In this document: piece after piece, positions 59,042 through 64,000 of the stretch
How positions within the stretch are numbered: the first letter of the stretch is position 1
Layout: every line of letters begins with the position of its first letter
Assembly: GCA_965203805.1 (NCBI GenBank)
Contig: OZ241917.1
Location: forward strand, 3,488,001-3,552,000
DNA: 64,000 bases
DNA from: Candidatus Latescibacterota bacterium
GTDB taxonomy: Bacteria; Latescibacterota; UBA2968; GCA-2709665
Reading direction: 5' to 3'
The notes under the pieces: generated by a model
The model's input: only the letters and a program-made list of their open reading frames with translations
What the model was told of the DNA's origin: nothing
The model's database searches: none
Made by a program: the position numbers and the translations under genes

Positions 59042-59746
59042 TCAGCTATCGGTCACGCTGAAAGATTCACGTGCGGCGTAACGACCGCTGTCATAGTCGC
59101 CTTCCAACAGTTTCAGGAATCCCGGCACACTCGCCTCCGGTAAGGGACGATCGCCGATATCCTCTCCAGGAAACGCGTCCTGGTGCATCTGGGTTCGCAT
59201 ATCGCCGGGGTCCACCCAATATACGCGCCAATCCGGACGTTCCGTGGCGAGGACGTTTGAAAGCTGTTCAATCGCCGCCTTGGAAGAACCGTACCCGCCC
59301 CAGCCCTCATACGCCTCCCTCGCGGCGTCGCTTGTCACGTTGATCACACGCACGCCGGGCTTCAATGCCTGTTGGACTGCCTGGAGCACACCCAGGGGCG
59401 CGATGGCATTGGCGCGATACACGTCTTCCAGGACATCGAGCGGATAATCCAGCAATCCCGGCTGCGGACTCGGACCCAGCATGCCGGCGTTGTTGATCAC
59501 CGCATCCAACCCTCCCGCCTCATTTGCGGCTTGTGCCAACTTCACGCGATGTTCGGCGTGGGTCACGTCTCCGGGAACGGCGATGACGTCCGTTCGCTTT
59601 TCCAATTCTTCACGTGCTGCTTCCAGTGCCTCCGCGCCTCTGGCGTTGATGATCAATCCCCATCGTCGCCGCGCGAGTTCGCGAGCGAGCGCGAGACCCA
59701 GACCCCGGGATGCGCCCGTAATCAATGCTGTTTGTATCGACATCAT
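59042..59746 (-). CDS. Short-chain dehydrogenase/reductase
   Basis: TGASRGLG, NNAG, YGSSK, DPGDMRT. Confidence 0.93.
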   Translation of the reverse strand: MMSIQTALITGASRGLGLALARELARRRWGLIINARGAEALEAAREELEKRTDVIAVPGDVTHAEHRVKLAQAANEAGGLDAVINNAGMLGPSPQPGLLDYPLDVLEDVYRANAIAPLGVLQAVQQALKPGVRVINVTSDAAREAYEGWGGYGSSKAAIEQLSNVLATERPDWRVYWVDPGDMRTQMHQDAFPGEDIGDRPLPEASVPGFLKLLEGDYDSGRYAARESFSVTDS

Positions 59747-59820
59747 CAACCTCCTCTTTGTTTGGGACGCCGACCGTGATAATCCAACCTTGTCTTGTCG
59801 TGGTTGAAATGTAGCCAAAC

Positions 59821-59849
59821 AAAAAACCCTCCGCATCGAACGGAGGGCC
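59821..59849 (-). terminator. Intrinsic terminator after the heparinase-like gene
   Basis: Minus strand CCCTCCG-loop-CGGAGGG then TTTTTT. Confidence 0.7.
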
Positions 59850-60011
59850 AGTTTGAATCCTGTACTTTCGTGCAGGGAGAACCTGCCTACCTGATCAGGG
59901 TATCGCGCATAACCAGGGCTATCCGGTGTTGCTCGTCAGCAAACGTGAACCGTTTGAGAAGTGTGCTGGTGAGGGTCTGCATCGTCCTGTTGTAGCGATG
60001 TATTTCGCACC

Positions 60012-62729
60012 TCAAAACCCCGAAAACTCCGCCTTGCCGATCGAGGTGAGCGAGCGGTTCGTTGTGTTCAGGAAGGCCGATGTTCGCAGGCGGTAGCGTA
60101 CCGCTCCGGAAATTTCGCGATGCGGGAAGAACAGGTGGCGCATTCCCTTTCCTTCGATCGCAAATCCGGGGTCGGCTTCCAGCAACACATGGGTCAGGTT
60201 TCCTTTGCGCGCGACCCCTCGCACCCGGCATCCGCGGGTCGATCCGTCGCCGAAACTGACGATCGACGTCGCGCCGTCCAGCAGGTCGCCCTCGGGCAAT
60301 TCGCCCGTGACGACAAGCGCGTCGTACGGCGCGCCGGCATCGGTCCTCAGGGTACCGGTCACTTCGCCTCGATAGGCGCCGCTGCTTTCCAGTACGACCT
60401 GATTCCACTTCAGCAGCGTGCCGCCCCAGAGTCCCATCAATTCGGGCCGTCCGTCGCGCACCCTCGCGAATCCCACCTCGCCCGCGAGCGACAGACCTCC
60501 CCATTCGACGGCCTGCCCTCCCGAATCGCCCGAATACACGATATGGTCGACAACGCCGCGGTGCGATATGCGGAGGCCCACCGCGCCTCCTTCCAAACGC
60601 TCAACACGTACGTCTTCGACGGACGGAGACTCTTCGAACGGTTCGTGCACCGCGGCGAACAGGCTCGACAGAGGCGCGGGCCCCTTGCGGCGCAACAGAA
60701 AAATGGGCATTCGAAACCGGTCCAGGAGCGCGTCGTTCTCCTCCGCCCGCCGAAACGACATGGCATCCCCCGCGAAAACCTCCGCGCCCTCCTGTCCGGG
60801 AAGGTGCGTCCGCACCGCCACGGGTGAATCGTCGATGCTGAACGTGATCGACAAGTCGTCCGAAGCGGCGCCGCGAGAGACATTCTGAAAATACGCATAG
60901 GCGATATTCCGGCCTCCGGCGTCGCCCCGGTCCGACTCGCCGACGGGAAACCGGATGTCCACGTCCGGCAGCATGTTTTCGCCGTAGGCCGCAAGGGGAA
61001 CGCTGACCGTCGCATCCCCGTCCGCATCCGCGTCCCCACGCAGCGCCCAGTCGTGCTGTGAACCCCCTGTTACGCGAAAAAGGTCCACCGCGTAACCATC
61101 CGATTCCCCGGCGCCCACCAGAAGCAGCGCGCGACGGTAGACCTGCGCCACACCGGGGTACGCCCCCTCCCCGCTCGCTTCCACCCACTTCACCGCATCG
61201 AAACCCGGTTCGAAGGCCAGCAGCCGTCCGTCCGAGGGCCCTTGTCTGCCACCTGAATACTGCCGCTGCTCATCGATAACCACCGTATTGTGACAAAGCG
61301 TGCTCGTGCTCCAGACCCGGTGCCGCGTGTGGGTGTACCCGACGTCCGGAAACAGTTCGCGGCCTTTGGCGAACAGAACCATGTTCAGATTGTCCGCGTG
61401 CTGGTGCCCGTAGCCGCCGGAAAAGTGAAGATGAAGCTGCACCTGTTCGTCGCCCATGCCACGCCCCAGCCACGCGTGCCCGACTCCCGCCAGCAATGTT
61501 GAAACCGAGCGATCGGGTACCTTGAGGTTTCTGAAGTGCGCCCAGTTGTCGTGCATGGTCATCTGCCGCCCATCGGGATACCGGCAGATTTCCAGGATTC
61601 GCTCCGCCGAGGCGATCACAGGGATATCCCGTGAGAGTTCCAGGTTGTCCAGGCGGGTCCCGTTCTCCGGATGGACATAGCCCGGCGGGTCGCTATATCC
61701 CCGAACTGCACGGAATACCCTGTTCATTCCACCCATCGTCATCTGATGATAACCTACACTGCCCTCCATCCAGAACCCGTCTTCGTAGAACGTCCGTCTG
61801 AACAGTTCCCGGCTCCGCCTTACGCCTTCATGCACCAGCCCGGGATCCACCAGGACCCGGCCGATCACAATGTATCCTTCGTATATTCGCGGCCCCGCAT
61901 TGCCATAAACGGGCTCGTGAAACCGGTCCTGTCGAATGGCGCCGCGGAAGAATTCGTTCTCGATTCGCGCTTTCACGTCCGCCCCCACCTCTTCCGAGAG
62001 CCGCTCCAATTCGCCGCTGCCGTAGATCGAATCGTACGCAAAGACCAGGGGCGTGGGCATCTCGTCATGGCGCCATCGTCCCCACTTTCCGCCGCCGTTG
62101 GGATACGGCGGTTCCAGCGCGAACCCTTTGGGACGGTGCGGCCAGTCCCGGCTCACGAGGAAGCCGGGATAATACCGCGCGAATGCGTCCAGAATCAGCA
62201 CCGCGCGGCGCGCGTACGCCTGATCGCCCGTCATCTGGTACAGGTCGCCGAGCCGATGGGCGACCGTCGAAAAGTACGAACGCTCCTCCCGCCATGCCCT
62301 GGCCGAAAAGAGATATCTGTATCCGGTCGCGTCTTCCCAGTAGGGGTATTCCACCTCCACGCCCACGGGATTGACGACCTTCATCACCCGATCCTCGGGA
62401 TACTGATCGTTCGGAAACACCATCTCGCAGAACCGGCACTGAACGCGGTGCGGGTCGGAGATCGACCATCGCAACTGCCCCTCCTGCGTCCCCTCGTCGC
62501 AGTTCGGGCACCCCATGAACCGGAAGCCGGTTTTGTCCGGGACCAGCGCCACCATCCCGGCTTCGGACATCGCCATCACCCTGGACACCGATCGCTTCAA
62601 CGCGTTTACGCGTTTCGCCGACGCCTCAACCGGATAGACCGGGCGGGTCGTTTCCGCCAGGACCGATCTCGACCAGCCCAGAACAAACATGAAGAAGACC
62701 GCCAACACCAAAAGGCCCATCCATTCCAT
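60012..62729 (-). CDS. Heparinase II/III family polysaccharide lyase-like protein
   Basis: Signal peptide; DGFWMEGSVGYH, GHQHADNL, HNTVVID. Confidence 0.85.
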   Translation of the reverse strand: MEWMGLLVLAVFFMFVLGWSRSVLAETTRPVYPVEASAKRVNALKRSVSRVMAMSEAGMVALVPDKTGFRFMGCPNCDEGTQEGQLRWSISDPHRVQCRFCEMVFPNDQYPEDRVMKVVNPVGVEVEYPYWEDATGYRYLFSARAWREERSYFSTVAHRLGDLYQMTGDQAYARRAVLILDAFARYYPGFLVSRDWPHRPKGFALEPPYPNGGGKWGRWRHDEMPTPLVFAYDSIYGSGELERLSEEVGADVKARIENEFFRGAIRQDRFHEPVYGNAGPRIYEGYIVIGRVLVDPGLVHEGVRRSRELFRRTFYEDGFWMEGSVGYHQMTMGGMNRVFRAVRGYSDPPGYVHPENGTRLDNLELSRDIPVIASAERILEICRYPDGRQMTMHDNWAHFRNLKVPDRSVSTLLAGVGHAWLGRGMGDEQVQLHLHFSGGYGHQHADNLNMVLFAKGRELFPDVGYTHTRHRVWSTSTLCHNTVVIDEQRQYSGGRQGPSDGRLLAFEPGFDAVKWVEASGEGAYPGVAQVYRRALLLVGAGESDGYAVDLFRVTGGSQHDWALRGDADADGDATVSVPLAAYGENMLPDVDIRFPVGESDRGDAGGRNIAYAYFQNVSRGAASDDLSITFSIDDSPVAVRTHLPGQEGAEVFAGDAMSFRRAEENDALLDRFRMPIFLLRRKGPAPLSSLFAAVHEPFEESPSVEDVRVERLEGGAVGLRISHRGVVDHIVYSGDSGGQAVEWGGLSLAGEVGFARVRDGRPELMGLWGGTLLKWNQVVLESSGAYRGEVTGTLRTDAGAPYDALVVTGELPEGDLLDGATSIVSFGDGSTRGCRVRGVARKGNLTHVLLEADPGFAIEGKGMRHLFFPHREISGAVRYRLRTSAFLNTTNRSLTSIGKAEFSGF

Positions 62730-62831
62730 TCCAGGCCGTCCTTTCTTTTCTACGTACTGTCTGGGCCGGCAGTACGGATAACAGGTGTTCGGGTACATGG
62801 GTAACACTCTCTGAAGTGGAAGCATTCTCCA

Positions 62832-63812
62832 CTATTGTGCGTCGTCCCTGCGAACCAGCTTCCAGACGTCCGGAAACATGTTGTTGCCCGCGACCATCCA
62901 GAGCGCGTCGTTGTAGACGAATACACTGGCTGCATGGCGTGGGGCCCACGGCGTATCCGGCAGTTCGGACCAGTCCACACCATCAGAGCTGTACCACACG
63001 TCGTTCCGGTTCCAGCTTCCCGTCGCTTCGTCCATCGAACGATGGGCCGCCTCGTGAAAACACCCCTCCATCACCCACAGCTTTTCGTCCCAAACGCCAA
63101 CGTCGTGATACTGGCGAGGGACCCACGGCGCCGTCCGGGTATGCAATTCCCAATTGACGCCGTCGCCTGTGCTCCAGACGTCGCCGAACATCTTCCGGCT
63201 GTTGATCCGCGGCGTATCGTACGTGCCGCCGCCCAGAATCCAGATCCGGTCCTGAAAAACGGCGCTGCCGCCAATCATCCCCCTCGGCTCCCACGGCGCG
63301 TTTTCCAACACCCGGTTCCAGGTCCGCCCGTCGGCCGAATGCCATACGTCGTTGAAGAAGACCTCGTCTTCGTCCGCGAACTGCGGGATGGTCTGCCCGC
63401 CCATCACCCAGATTCTGCCGTCGTGAACCGCCGTATAGTGCAATACCCTCGGTCCCCAGGGCACGGGGTCGCACACCAGTTCCCAGTCCACGCCGTCGGA
63501 ACTTCGCCACACGTCGTTCTGATAGTGTCCCTGGTTGCAGTCTCCGCCCACAATCCACATGTGACCGTCGTGGACCGCGTATCCCGCGGTGTGGCGGCCC
63601 TCCCAGGGCGCCTCCTCGTTCACTTCGATCCAGGTTAACCCATCGACGGAACACCATACCTCGCTGTTGCAGATGATTGGGAAATTGACCTTGTCACGCG
63701 GATTCCAGCCGCCCAGCAGCCACATCCTGTCCTGAAACACCAGCGCGCCCGCGCCATCCCGTCCCGCGAACGCGGCATCTTCCGTTACGCAAATCCACTC
63801 GTATTCGGACAT
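62832..63812 (-). CDS. Kelch-repeat beta-propeller protein
   Basis: Repeated W(L/I/V)xGG..NDVWxSxDGxxW..PWxPR. Confidence 0.88.
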   Translation of the reverse strand: MSEYEWICVTEDAAFAGRDGAGALVFQDRMWLLGGWNPRDKVNFPIICNSEVWCSVDGLTWIEVNEEAPWEGRHTAGYAVHDGHMWIVGGDCNQGHYQNDVWRSSDGVDWELVCDPVPWGPRVLHYTAVHDGRIWVMGGQTIPQFADEDEVFFNDVWHSADGRTWNRVLENAPWEPRGMIGGSAVFQDRIWILGGGTYDTPRINSRKMFGDVWSTGDGVNWELHTRTAPWVPRQYHDVGVWDEKLWVMEGCFHEAAHRSMDEATGSWNRNDVWYSSDGVDWSELPDTPWAPRHAASVFVYNDALWMVAGNNMFPDVWKLVRRDDAQ

Positions 63813-63837
63813 AAAGGCCTCCATAAATAGGGGTGAG

Positions 63838-64000
63838 GCAGCTGTCAGCCGTCAGCTCTCAGCAGTCAGCCAGACCCGGTTAGCGATACGGTCTGCCGAC
63901 ATCAATTCGCGATACCTGCGCCATTATGTGGGCGACCACAAGGGTCGCCCCTACAGCGCGAACCTCTCCCCCCTGGCCCCCTCTCCTGCGAGGAGAGGGG
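63838..64000. repeat. TCAGC heptamers, REP-like hairpin and CCCCCTCTCC palindrome
   Basis: GCTGTCAGCCGTCAGCTCTCAGCAGTCAGC; GGGCGACCACAAGGGTCGCCCCTACA (63930-63955); CCCCCTCTCCTGCGAGGAGAGGGG. Confidence 0.7.

Overview
A 64-kb, mostly GC-rich bacterial window with no rRNA, tRNA or CRISPR array that I can see. Several PhyH-family dioxygenases, BNR, heparinase and Kelch proteins, a dockerin-like EF-hand tail and a FlgD/T9SS-type C-terminal domain suggest an FCB-group organism such as Latescibacterota or Gemmatimonadota (inference). Layout: (1) 1-7.3 kb: purine uptake genes, an alpha carbonic anhydrase, and an operon of porin, Tat-exported binding protein, output-less HAMP sensor and OFA-type MFS. 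(2) 7.4-21 kb: minus-strand catabolic and efflux genes. (3) 21-36.4 kb: a co-oriented zone of small accessory genes with three intact toxin-antitoxin pairs and several gene remnants. (4) 36.6-47.5 kb: a cobalamin-riboswitch corrinoid uptake cluster. It includes a beta-propeller/dockerin-like protein, a 5'-truncated cbiB, and a secreted tandem-Cache protein with no signalling output. (5) 48-56 kb: an mcrBC-like locus between inverted repeats, with an IS630 insertion whose empty-site paralog lies 3.7 kb away. (6) 56-64 kb: an SDR/QueA-like/two-component operon, then heparinase-like and Kelch genes. Intergenic DNA holds several families of small palindromic repeats, some nested inside others. All family calls are from motif recognition by eye; no database searches were run.
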